NCBI GenBank assembly: GCA_964554105.1
Contig: CAZKNF010000002.1
Coordinates: 1 to 64,000, forward strand
Source: an uncultured Rhodothermales bacterium
GTDB taxonomy: Bacteria > Bacteroidota > Rhodothermia > Rhodothermales > VXPQ01
Length of the DNA stretch: 64,000 nucleotides
Direction of reading: 5' to 3'
How positions within the stretch are numbered: the stretch's first letter is position 1; each line of letters opens with the position of its first letter. This document shows, piece after piece, positions 1 through 8,952 of the stretch. A program made the translations under genes and the position numbers. The notes beneath the pieces were generated by a model that did not search any database, had not been told where the DNA came from, and saw only the letters and a list, made by a program, of their open reading frames with translations.

Positions 1-883
1 CTATGAACAGAGGCATCTTCTGAGTGATGAAATCGTGCGTCAACTTGATCTTATATTCCAGCTCTCGATTCCGAAGCGTGGTTGCAGCGAGTGTCGCGCG
101 TTTTCGGAAGAACGATCGCAGATCGACATCCTCGATGCGCGAGCCACCGAGCGTTGCGAGAAGAACGATGCGCCCATCTACGGCCAGGCTTTTGACGTTC
201 TGCTCGAAATAGGGTGCGCCTATGAAGTCTATAATGATATCTACTCCGCGACCGCCTGTAAGCTCTTCGATGCGTGCCGCAAAATCCTCCGATCGATAAT
301 CGATCACTGCCTCGGCACCGAGTTCCAGACACGTCTCATGCTTGCCCTTCGATGCCGTGGCGTATGCCGTCGCATCGGCAGTGCGTACGAGTTGGATCGC
401 TGCCGTACCGACGCCGCTTGCCCCCGCATGAATCAGGACCCGGTGACCGGCTTCGAGGCCGCCATACCAGTGAAGTGCTTGAAAGGCGGTCAGAAATACT
501 TCGGGAATCGCCGCGGCTTCCTCGAATGAGAGTGATGGCGGAATCGGAATCGCGAGATCGCGGTGGATGACCGTGTATTCGGCATATCCGCCGCCAGAGA
601 GAAGGCCGCAGACACGGTCGCCGCTCTTCCACATAGGTGAGTCCGTTCCGGCGGCCTCAACCGTCCCGGCCATCTCGAGACCGAGTACAGGGCTCGCACC
701 GTCGGGGGGCGGGTACTTCCCCTCTCGCTGCATCAGATCGGCCCGATTTAGGGCAGCCGCGTGAATTCGTACGAGAAGTTCGTCGTCACGCGCAACCGGC
801 TTCGCGACCGTGCCGATCGAAAGCTGCTCTGGCCCGCCCGATTTCTCGACGAGAACGGCCTTCATGTAGTTCGCATGCTGCAT
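1..883 (-). CDS. NADPH:quinone oxidoreductase / zinc-type medium-chain dehydrogenase (Qor family), C-terminus beyond window start
   Basis: Manual translation of the reverse complement from the ATG at 883 gives MQHANYMKAVLVEKSGGPEQLSIGTVAKPVARDDELLVRIHAAALNRADLMQREGKYPPP...LIHAGASGVGTAAIQLV... This is the typical Qor/zeta-crystallin fold with a GxGxxG NADPH motif. The frame stays open to position 1. It is absent from the ORF track because there is no stop in the window. Confidence 0.7.
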   Translation of the reverse strand, partial: MQHANYMKAVLVEKSGGPEQLSIGTVAKPVARDDELLVRIHAAALNRADLMQREGKYPPPDGASPVLGLEMAGTVEAAGTDSPMWKSGDRVCGLLSGGGYAEYTVIHRDLAIPIPPSLSFEEAAAIPEVFLTAFQALHWYGGLEAGHRVLIHAGASGVGTAAIQLVRTADATAYATASKGKHETCLELGAEAVIDYRSEDFAARIEELTGGRGVDIIIDFIGAPYFEQNVKSLAVDGRIVLLATLGGSRIEDVDLRSFFRKRATLAATTLRNRELEYKIKLTHDFITQKMPLFI

Positions 884-917
884 GAGATGAAAAACGATCC
901 GCTGAACATCCGATGCA

Positions 918-1796
918 TCATACGTGAGCGTCAGACACGATAGAGTCGACGGTGTATTCGAAGAGTTCTGTGCCGGAGATTTCTCCGCCCGGATCGAACG
1001 TCCGTTCCGCGAACACGACGAGTCCATCATTTCTAACCAAAACAACCGTCGAGGCTCGTGTACCGTATACGTCGCCCTTAATGAAGATCGAAGACAACGC
1101 ACGCTCTGACTCGGTATCCAGCCCTGAAGACGAAATCTGGTCGACGGAGGCCTGATGGGTGTCAGCAAGCAGCTCGAGCAGTGAATCTGGCGTCGGTTCG
1201 TGCTCCCCGACCGCTTCACGGAAGAGTGCTTTGGCCCTGCGAACCTTCGGCCACGGAGTATCAAGCTGTTCGTTGCTCAATCCATGAAGTCCGGCCTCAA
1301 TCGGTCGAATCCTCGGTCCCACGGCTGCATCTTCACTTTGATGCAGCACGGCAGCTGCATCGTACTGCTTCTGTTCCCCGGCAGCGGCGCCGCCAGTGTC
1401 TCGCGACGAACGGTTCGAACAGTAGTACAACGAGCCGGCGGCACCCAGGATCAGATTGAACCCCTTGTAATCCGACCCGCGCCGCTCCAGATCCGCGATA
1501 TACGATTCCGGTGAATCGGATCCCAGAAGGAATCTCGTCACGAGCTCTCCGCGCGAACGAAAACCGGTGCTTCCGTCGTCCGGCTCACGGTAGTTCGTCA
1601 CGGTCGCGAAGCGGCCGTTTCGGGTCACGCCGAGCCACGTGCCGCCGACCTTCAGGTCGCGGCCGGCAAGAACGTGCGGATGATCGATCCAGAACCGCGC
1701 CGGAGCCGATGGGCGCCCGTGAAACTCGTCACGATTACCCGCAAAAATAAGTGGGTAATCTGCCCGCTCTTTGTACGAAAAGACGATCAAACACAT
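918..1796 (-). CDS. NRDE family protein (TANGO2/DUF833-like)
   Basis: N-terminus MCLIVFSY...FAGNRDEF carries the family-defining NRDE motif. Length 292 aa. The start is an ATG. Confidence 0.75.
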   Translation of the reverse strand: MCLIVFSYKERADYPLIFAGNRDEFHGRPSAPARFWIDHPHVLAGRDLKVGGTWLGVTRNGRFATVTNYREPDDGSTGFRSRGELVTRFLLGSDSPESYIADLERRGSDYKGFNLILGAAGSLYYCSNRSSRDTGGAAAGEQKQYDAAAVLHQSEDAAVGPRIRPIEAGLHGLSNEQLDTPWPKVRRAKALFREAVGEHEPTPDSLLELLADTHQASVDQISSSGLDTESERALSSIFIKGDVYGTRASTVVLVRNDGLVVFAERTFDPGGEISGTELFEYTVDSIVSDAHV

Positions 1797-1922
1797 CGTT
1801 TACGGTCCAATATCGCGAGCAATCGAGGACCTACCGGACCACCAAAAGAGAACATGGCGGAATACAGCGGGGGTCGGCGTCGGTCGGACACGTCCGGTCG
1901 CGACAAGGTCCTCCCAAACCGA

Positions 1923-2378
1923 TTAATCCGATACGAGAAGCGTGACACCGTAGGTCTGATCTTCAACCCGGATCGGATACTCGGAGAACGGCACCTGGAA
2001 CGTCGAATCGTCCGATGTCGGTAAATTTCTCACATCGTACGTCTCACCTTGGGCGGATGAGGTCGACCAGAATCCTTGCTGCGTCTGGATTCCGTCAGCC
2101 GTATAGACCATCTCTATTTCGTACGTTCGAATCTCTTCTCCCGCCTGCCATAGACTTACTTCCTGCGTGCCGAAGCTGCGGCGTACACGCACCGTACGCG
2201 GAATTACACCGACGTCGTTCCCGTCGACAAGGACGTGGATTGCCTGCGTATAGACCATGGTACTATCCGAAGCAGCATCGCTGCTTTCGCCTCCTTCGGC
2301 TATCTCGGAAGATGAACGGCAGCCGGTCAGCACGAGGAACGCGCCAAATGTCAGGAGTGCGAGGCGGAAGACGAGCAT
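1923..2378 (-). CDS. hypothetical lipoprotein
   Basis: Signal peptide with lipobox (…FLVLTGC), 151 aa, no recognisable catalytic motif. Confidence 0.5.
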   Translation of the reverse strand: MLVFRLALLTFGAFLVLTGCRSSSEIAEGGESSDAASDSTMVYTQAIHVLVDGNDVGVIPRTVRVRRSFGTQEVSLWQAGEEIRTYEIEMVYTADGIQTQQGFWSTSSAQGETYDVRNLPTSDDSTFQVPFSEYPIRVEDQTYGVTLLVSD

Positions 2379-2884
2379 AGCGGTCCTCAGGTGCTTATTC
2401 TTTACAGATCGGCGTTATCCAGAACGCATCAAAGTTATTCAACTTGACTCCGGCGCTTTGGTTTTCACTGGATCGAGAACCCTCGCGATCGGATCCACGC
2501 CTCGCTGCGGCATTAATGAAATGCCGAACACGCCGCAAAGTTGACCTGCAATGTAAATCGTCAGATGAAAAGTTCTTCGAACGGGATGTCGAAGTCTAAA
2601 GTCGATCGATGCCATAAATCGAGATGGCGTCCGAATCCGAAGACAGCAAATCCAGCCACCGCAACGGCACCGAGCGTGATAAGCGTTCTCTGCAGCATGG
2701 GCTTCGTAAATACAATGTTTCGATGAATGGCGATTTGGGCGTTGAATCCCGGTGGTGTTCACCGTGCTGCCGCGAAATGGCTACCGTAACAGGCTGACGA
2801 TCCGCAGGCTCAATTTGAGACAATTCGCGCACCCTGTAAGTAGAGCAAATTTCATACCTTAACGCCTGCGGCTGACTACTGATC

Positions 2885-3988
2885 ATGACTCTTACCGACA
2901 CTCCCTCGTTCATCCGCGTACATCTGGGGACGCGCTCCTATGACATTATCTTCGACGCGCTTTCATCCCTTCCACGCAGGCTCGCTCAGGTCGAACTCTC
3001 ACGTGGACCCTGCCTGATCGTAACCGATGAGAACGTCGCCGGACTGTTTGCCGACCGGCTCATCGAGGGCCTTCGAGACGACGGCTGGACGCCCATACCG
3101 ATTACCCTTCCATACGGAGAAGCAACCAAGTCGATTTCGAACCTTAGCCGGATTTATGACGTTGCGCTGGCACATCGCATCGAGCGCACCACACCGCTGC
3201 TCGCCGTCGGCGGCGGAGTCGTCGGGGACCTCGGCGGCTTCGCCGCAGCGACATTGCTCCGGGGCCTTCCGCTCATCCAGATACCGACGACCCTGATTGC
3301 TCAGGTTGATAGTTCGATCGGCGGAAAAACCGGCATCAATCACGCCCGAGGCAAAAATCTCGTGGGCGCCTTTTATCAGCCGCGGCTCGTCCTCTCCGAC
3401 ACTAGCACGCTCGAAACTCTGCCCGATCGCGAATGGACGAGCGGTCTTGCCGAAGTGGTGAAGCATGCCCTGATAGCTGATGCGCACTTCTTCGCCGACC
3501 TCGAATCGCGATGGGGTGATGTTCTTCGACGGAGGGATAAGGCCATTCCCACCCTCGTGCGTCAGGCCGCCGGCGTGAAAGCCGCCATCGTCGAAAGAGA
3601 CGAGCGAGAGGCAGGTCGCCGCGCCATCCTGAACTTCGGCCACACGTTCGCACATGCGATCGAGCGGGTGGCGGGCTACGGCACGTACACGCACGGAGAA
3701 GCCGTTGCGGCCGGAATGACGGCGGCCCTCCATCTCTCGCACAGTCTGCATCCGGAACTTGATTTTGAGCGAGCGAATCGATTGGTCGCACAGATACCCG
3801 TTCCGCCGGGACTGCAAAGTCTCGACCTTGGTGCTCTAATAGACGCAATGACGGCCGATAAGAAAGTGGAAGGCGGCCGTCTTCGGCTCGTCATACTGGA
3901 AGAGATTGGACGTGCAACTCTTGTCGACGACGTCGAAGCCTCCGCGATAGAGGCGGCGTGGAAGTTTGTCCGGCAAGACACCGGCTGA
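2885..3988 (+). CDS. aroB: 3-dehydroquinate synthase
   Basis: GGGVVGDLGGFAAATLLRG...IPTTLIAQVDSSIGGKTGIN...GAFYQP...NFGHTFAHAIE are conserved AroB NAD/metal-binding motifs. 367 aa. Confidence 0.9.
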   Translation: MTLTDTPSFIRVHLGTRSYDIIFDALSSLPRRLAQVELSRGPCLIVTDENVAGLFADRLIEGLRDDGWTPIPITLPYGEATKSISNLSRIYDVALAHRIERTTPLLAVGGGVVGDLGGFAAATLLRGLPLIQIPTTLIAQVDSSIGGKTGINHARGKNLVGAFYQPRLVLSDTSTLETLPDREWTSGLAEVVKHALIADAHFFADLESRWGDVLRRRDKAIPTLVRQAAGVKAAIVERDEREAGRRAILNFGHTFAHAIERVAGYGTYTHGEAVAAGMTAALHLSHSLHPELDFERANRLVAQIPVPPGLQSLDLGALIDAMTADKKVEGGRLRLVILEEIGRATLVDDVEASAIEAAWKFVRQDTG

Positions 3989-6900
3989 ATCTCACGTTGC
4001 GCTCTCACTAATTCGCTCGAGGAATGCACGTCCAAACGAGTCGGCACATTTGGTGTCGTACCATCGTAACAGGCACGTCTTTTTTCACACTGATCGCATC
4101 TATTTATTGTCACCTCGCCGCATCATATCGTTTTCTGGGCGCACTATTCGATACGCGCTCTATGCCGTACTCGCCGGGATGACGGTGTTCTTCGCCCTGA
4201 CCCGCACTGAAGTGGGCCGGGAAGGACTGCGTATCGAGCTCGAGCGACAGTTTAGCGAACGGTTTGACGGCGATCTCGAAATCGGAACGCTGCGAGGCAA
4301 TCTACTGAATCGGCTCTCCGCGGGTGGGATTCAAATACGTGATTCCTCCGGCAGCATTGTCTTCTCCGCCGATTCAATCGTAGCCCATCCGAGCTGGCGT
4401 GACCTTCTGGAGCGAACGGTCTCTACGGGTCGCATACGGGTGATTCGGCCGGAAGTCCATTTACTCAGCGGCCCCAACGGCGCCTGGAGACTGGGCAGCC
4501 TGCGTCCGAAAACCGTGCGATCCGGTCCCGCATCGCCGTGGTCATTTTCTTCGGCAAATATCACAGTCGTCGACGGACGCCTGACGACGCGTTCGGTCGG
4601 GGATCAACCCAAATTTATTCAAAAAGGGCTAGTCTTCGACTACACGAACGGTGAACTGGAAGACGTGAACGGACGGGCGATAGTCGAATGGCAGCCGGAT
4701 ATGAAGTTCGTCGACGTTCTGCAGCTCAGCGGGCGCGTACCTGATCTGTCTCTTCCACTAAACAGCCTTCGGGGGCAGTTCGTCATAGATGACGGAGGAC
4801 TCGAGCTCAATGCCGTGCACGTGCGGACCGGCGCGACTCGGCTCCATTTCTCGGGATCCCTCTCGTCGCTTGCGGCTCTCCATACCCCAGACGAGAGTCC
4901 GCTGGTCGATATCGATCTTGGGCCCAGCACGCTGGATGCCGACGAGCTGACGCGTATTTTCCCGCGTCTGCCGTTCTCCGACGAGATCACCGCATCTGTT
5001 CATGCGACCGGGCCGCTTTCGGCGCTGTCTCTCGAAAATCTCGAGGTTTCACATGGAAGCGCCCGCATATCCGCCGCAGGCACCCTCAACGGCCTACCCG
5101 ACTCGCTCGGATACGAACTAGATCTTCAACCCGGTTCCATTTCGTGGAAGGATGTGGACGCCGTGTATTCGGGTTCTAACATCGCTTCGTTCGAACACCT
5201 TGGCAGCATCGCGTTCTCCGGCGCTTCAACCGGCATCGTTCGATTTGGCGGCGGCGAACGTGCGCTCCCCTACTGGCAATCGAGAACGGCCGTCCAGACC
5301 GAAAGTGTCGCGGGCCGACTCGATACTGATATCGAACTCGCTCTCGGTGGAGATCCCAGGGTAACGGTCATTGGTACGCTCGCTGCTCACGATTTGAATG
5401 TCGGCATCATCACTCAGAATCCCGCCCTGGAAAGCAACCTGAACGGACGGGCGACGATCGACGGATCTGGTATCGACCTTCTGCACTCGACCGGCACAGC
5501 TACCGTTTCACTCGCGCCGTCCCACTTTGCCGGACGCTCTGCAGATACGTTGCGAGTTAACGTCACCGGCGACGACGGATTGTTGACGGGACGATTGTCG
5601 GCCTCGATGGGCGGCGGTTCCGTCGATGCCGGTGTCCGGGCTCGGATCGACAGTGAGAGCACCAGCTACGTCGCCGAGGGCGTTCTCTCCCGGTTCGACA
5701 TCGGATCCGTGTTGCGCGGCGATTCTCTGGCATCCTCACTCAACGTTAGATTCGAAGTCGATGGTGCAGGTAATTCGATGGAGGCATTCCAGGGTCAGGC
5801 GAGCCTGGACTTCGACTCGTCCCGTACGATATTCGGCGGCCGCGAGCGCATCGTTGCTCCGCATCGCACCAGCCTGACTGTCCGGCAGCTCGGAAGCTCG
5901 AATCCGATAGTCGAAATCGGCGGTGACGCACTTGCGCTTCGCATAACAGGAGACGTCGCGATCGATCCCTTCGTAACGCTCTCTAGATATTGGGCCGACA
6001 CGGTCATCGAGACGGCGCAAAACATATTTGCGAAACCGCTCCGCCGGGACACCGTCCTGGCAGCTTCATCCGAGCGACCGCACCGACCGACGCCGTTAAC
6101 ACACCAGCAGACGCACGACCAGGTTCGGATCGGGCTGGATCGAGCCGGGCTAACGAGTCAATCCGTCCAGGCTGACATCCGCGTGGTGCGTGCCGATATT
6201 CTGTCAGCCCTGGTACCGTTTGCGCCGCCGATACGCACCAACGCCGTCGTTCGTGCCGGACTAACATTAGACGAGCAGCGATTCGATCTCGATCTCGCAC
6301 TGTCCGCAGATTCCGTTCAATCGGGAACGATGCACGCTCGCGGATTCGAGATGACCGTAGCTGCCAATGGGAGCATTCAGGCCGAACAGTCAAAGTCGAT
6401 CGCAACGACATTCGAAGCCGCGGCTTCCGACTTTAGGTTCGGTGATCACGAATTCATCCGGCCCGCCGTTGCCGCTTCTGTCGACGATCGGACGATGCAG
6501 CTCGACATCCATTCATACGTGCCGGGAACCTCTGAGCCGCTCCGGTTGAGCGCTCAGGTCGACCTCCTTTCCGACCGAAATCGCGTTCACCTGGAAGAAT
6601 TTCAGCTCTCAGCGCAGGATCAGATCTGGCGCGCCGATGCGGCAAACGCCATCGACGTGTATGAAGACGCCGTGGTCGTGCGAGATGTCACGATTCACCG
6701 CGTAGATGCCGGCTCGACCGGTAGAGAACGCATACAGATCCGCGGGACGCTCTCTCCCGCACCGACGGACACGCTGTTTGCAGACGTACACGACATCCAG
6801 ATTCAACATGCGGCGGCGCTGTTGGCCGTGCAGCGGCCGATCGGAGGGGCGATCAACGGCCGTCTGGCCTACACCGGATTTGCGAGGCCGGAGCTGACCG

Positions 6901-8891
6901 GCTCCATCGACGTCGCGTCGCTTTCATACGACGATCGCACGCTGGGCTCGATTCATGTAGAGAGCCGGTATCTCCCCGGCTCTCCAGACGTCGCCCTCGA
7001 CGCGCGTATATCTCCAATAGAATACAATCAATCCGGAGGCGGGATATACAAGGAAAACGATCTCTCGGTAGATGGCACGTTTCGGCTGCCCGGCTTTGAC
7101 GCCGCAGGCGCGACGGATGAAGGTGCGTTGGATCTCCGCCTCAGCATCGACAAGCTCGATGCATTCTTTTTTGAATACATTTTCGCAGAGGAGATCGCCG
7201 ATGTCCGTGGCTTTTTCGAGGGCGACGGACGGATCGGCGGGACGTTTTCACGACCCATCTTCAATGTGGATGTAGAAACAGAAACGGCCGGATTTCATAT
7301 TCCGGAATTCGATTTGACGTACGACCTGGCCGGTGCCGTGCGGGTGAACGAGGAAGGCATCCATCTCGACGACGTAGTGGTGACCGATGCTGTCGACGGA
7401 GGGGCCGTAGTTTTCGGATCCATTCTCTTCAATGAGTACCGCTATTTCTCCTTCGATCTTCGAGGTGATCTCGACGATCTGCGCATCATGAACGTGGATC
7501 AATCGCGCGACCTTCCCTTCTACGGTCAGATCTGGGCCTCCGGTCATGCCACGCTCGAGGGTCCTCTCTCGAATGCCTTTCTGGAGATCGACAATGCAGT
7601 GGTAAACCCTGAAAGCGACCTCTACATCCCCATTACGGAATCAAGCGGTGGCATCGATTCCGGCTTCATCGTATTTGCTGACTCGGTCGGCCGCATACCG
7701 GATATTTACGAGCTGACGACACGAGAACATCTTTTGGCGCCGCGACCGATGGGCGAGCGGCCGTTTCTGGAGGGAATGGAGATGAATCTCAACATCACTG
7801 TTCCCGAGGGCTCGACGGTCCACCTCGTAATTGATCCGCTGCTCGGCGATGAGATCAATGCGGTAGGAAGCGGAAACATCGAGTTGATCCGCACTGAAGG
7901 CGAATTTTTCACGTACGGCACGTTCGACGTCGATGCCGGTGACTATCTCTTCACGGCAGGTGAAGTCTTCTTTCGCCGATTCCTGATCGACGACGGCTCG
8001 ATTTCGTGGGATGGCGATCCGCTGAACGCAATGCTTGACATACAGGCGTCGTATCGCACGCGCGCCTCTACGGAAGGCCTTACGGCTGTCGGCGAATCGC
8101 GGCTCATACCGCTGATCATCCACATGAAGGTCTTCGGCCGGGTAGCCACACCGAACGTCGAGCTTTCGCTCGCTGTGAATCGCGACGACCGGAGGATACT
8201 GGGTGGGTACGAAGGGTTGGAATCCGAGTTGAACCAGCCGGAACTCACCGCGCAGTTCGCGACCAGCGTCTTGCTGACGAACTCCTTCCTTTTGACGACG
8301 TCGGCGCTCGGATCTCAGCAATCGGTGGGACTGTCCGATACGCGGAATCAGCTGGCATTCAACAGCCTCTCGCAGCTTGTTGCAAGTCAGCTCAACCGAT
8401 ACCTGAATTACGCTCTCCCCAACATTGACCTCAACTTCGGCGTACAGGGAGAAAGCGCGCAGGATCTGGATGTCACTTACGGAGTCGCACTGCGCCTGCT
8501 GGATGAACGGTTGATCATCCGCGGCCAGGGTATTTACCGGAACGAAACGACCGACAGTCGCCGGCAGCAGAGCGGTCTCGATGAATTCGTCGTGGAAGTA
8601 CGTTTGAATCCAAACGTGTCGGTCGAGGCGTTCTACCGGCGTGAAGGCGACCTGTTGAGTGCGACGGAATCCTTTAACACGTCCACAGGAGCGGGCGTCT
8701 CATACCAGACGCAGTTCACGTCCTGGGATCGCTTTGTACGGCGGCTCTTTGGGTGGCTCCTCCCGAACGAGGTGGAGGTCGAAGGGGACAGCGAGGATGA
8801 CGGCCGAGAGGACCCTGAAGATGAACGCGAACGCGACGAGGAGGAGGACGGCACACCCGAGGCCGACGTGGTGGCGGGAGCTGCCAAGTGA
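3966..8891 (+). CDS. TamB-like (translocation and assembly module, AsmA/DUF490 family) giant inner-membrane-anchored protein
   Basis: 1641 aa. A single N-terminal TM helix (IRYALYAVLAGMTVFFALT) is followed by a very long β-rich repetitive body with a TamB/AsmA-like C-terminal region. It ends in an acidic tail (DSEDDGREDPEDERERDEEEDG). The ORF-track start is a TTG overlapping the aroB stop. The true start is probably an in-frame TTG/GTG around 4050-4110. Confidence 0.65.
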   Translation: MSGKTPAESHVALSLIRSRNARPNESAHLVSYHRNRHVFFHTDRIYLLSPRRIISFSGRTIRYALYAVLAGMTVFFALTRTEVGREGLRIELERQFSERFDGDLEIGTLRGNLLNRLSAGGIQIRDSSGSIVFSADSIVAHPSWRDLLERTVSTGRIRVIRPEVHLLSGPNGAWRLGSLRPKTVRSGPASPWSFSSANITVVDGRLTTRSVGDQPKFIQKGLVFDYTNGELEDVNGRAIVEWQPDMKFVDVLQLSGRVPDLSLPLNSLRGQFVIDDGGLELNAVHVRTGATRLHFSGSLSSLAALHTPDESPLVDIDLGPSTLDADELTRIFPRLPFSDEITASVHATGPLSALSLENLEVSHGSARISAAGTLNGLPDSLGYELDLQPGSISWKDVDAVYSGSNIASFEHLGSIAFSGASTGIVRFGGGERALPYWQSRTAVQTESVAGRLDTDIELALGGDPRVTVIGTLAAHDLNVGIITQNPALESNLNGRATIDGSGIDLLHSTGTATVSLAPSHFAGRSADTLRVNVTGDDGLLTGRLSASMGGGSVDAGVRARIDSESTSYVAEGVLSRFDIGSVLRGDSLASSLNVRFEVDGAGNSMEAFQGQASLDFDSSRTIFGGRERIVAPHRTSLTVRQLGSSNPIVEIGGDALALRITGDVAIDPFVTLSRYWADTVIETAQNIFAKPLRRDTVLAASSERPHRPTPLTHQQTHDQVRIGLDRAGLTSQSVQADIRVVRADILSALVPFAPPIRTNAVVRAGLTLDEQRFDLDLALSADSVQSGTMHARGFEMTVAANGSIQAEQSKSIATTFEAAASDFRFGDHEFIRPAVAASVDDRTMQLDIHSYVPGTSEPLRLSAQVDLLSDRNRVHLEEFQLSAQDQIWRADAANAIDVYEDAVVVRDVTIHRVDAGSTGRERIQIRGTLSPAPTDTLFADVHDIQIQHAAALLAVQRPIGGAINGRLAYTGFARPELTGSIDVASLSYDDRTLGSIHVESRYLPGSPDVALDARISPIEYNQSGGGIYKENDLSVDGTFRLPGFDAAGATDEGALDLRLSIDKLDAFFFEYIFAEEIADVRGFFEGDGRIGGTFSRPIFNVDVETETAGFHIPEFDLTYDLAGAVRVNEEGIHLDDVVVTDAVDGGAVVFGSILFNEYRYFSFDLRGDLDDLRIMNVDQSRDLPFYGQIWASGHATLEGPLSNAFLEIDNAVVNPESDLYIPITESSGGIDSGFIVFADSVGRIPDIYELTTREHLLAPRPMGERPFLEGMEMNLNITVPEGSTVHLVIDPLLGDEINAVGSGNIELIRTEGEFFTYGTFDVDAGDYLFTAGEVFFRRFLIDDGSISWDGDPLNAMLDIQASYRTRASTEGLTAVGESRLIPLIIHMKVFGRVATPNVELSLAVNRDDRRILGGYEGLESELNQPELTAQFATSVLLTNSFLLTTSALGSQQSVGLSDTRNQLAFNSLSQLVASQLNRYLNYALPNIDLNFGVQGESAQDLDVTYGVALRLLDERLIIRGQGIYRNETTDSRRQQSGLDEFVVEVRLNPNVSVEAFYRREGDLLSATESFNTSTGAGVSYQTQFTSWDRFVRRLFGWLLPNEVEVEGDSEDDGREDPEDERERDEEEDGTPEADVVAGAAK

Positions 8892-8952
8892 TGCATCGTA
8901 TCTGCGGGTGCCATTTACGTTATCGAAATGACAGACACATGGACGACCATTC

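Noticed and set aside
24-699. Plus-strand and off-frame minus ORFs (24..212, 35..529, 274..570, 336..632, 490..699) over the first 900 bp
   Set aside because: They overlap, out of frame or antisense, a clearly conserved Qor-family dehydrogenase encoded on the minus strand. Their translations are low-complexity and Arg-rich, typical of GC-rich antisense frames.
2541-2726. 61-aa plus-strand ORF in the aroB upstream region
   Set aside because: TTG-initiated, highly basic low-complexity translation (SSSNGMSKSKVDRCHKSRWRPNPK...), so it is unlikely to be coding.
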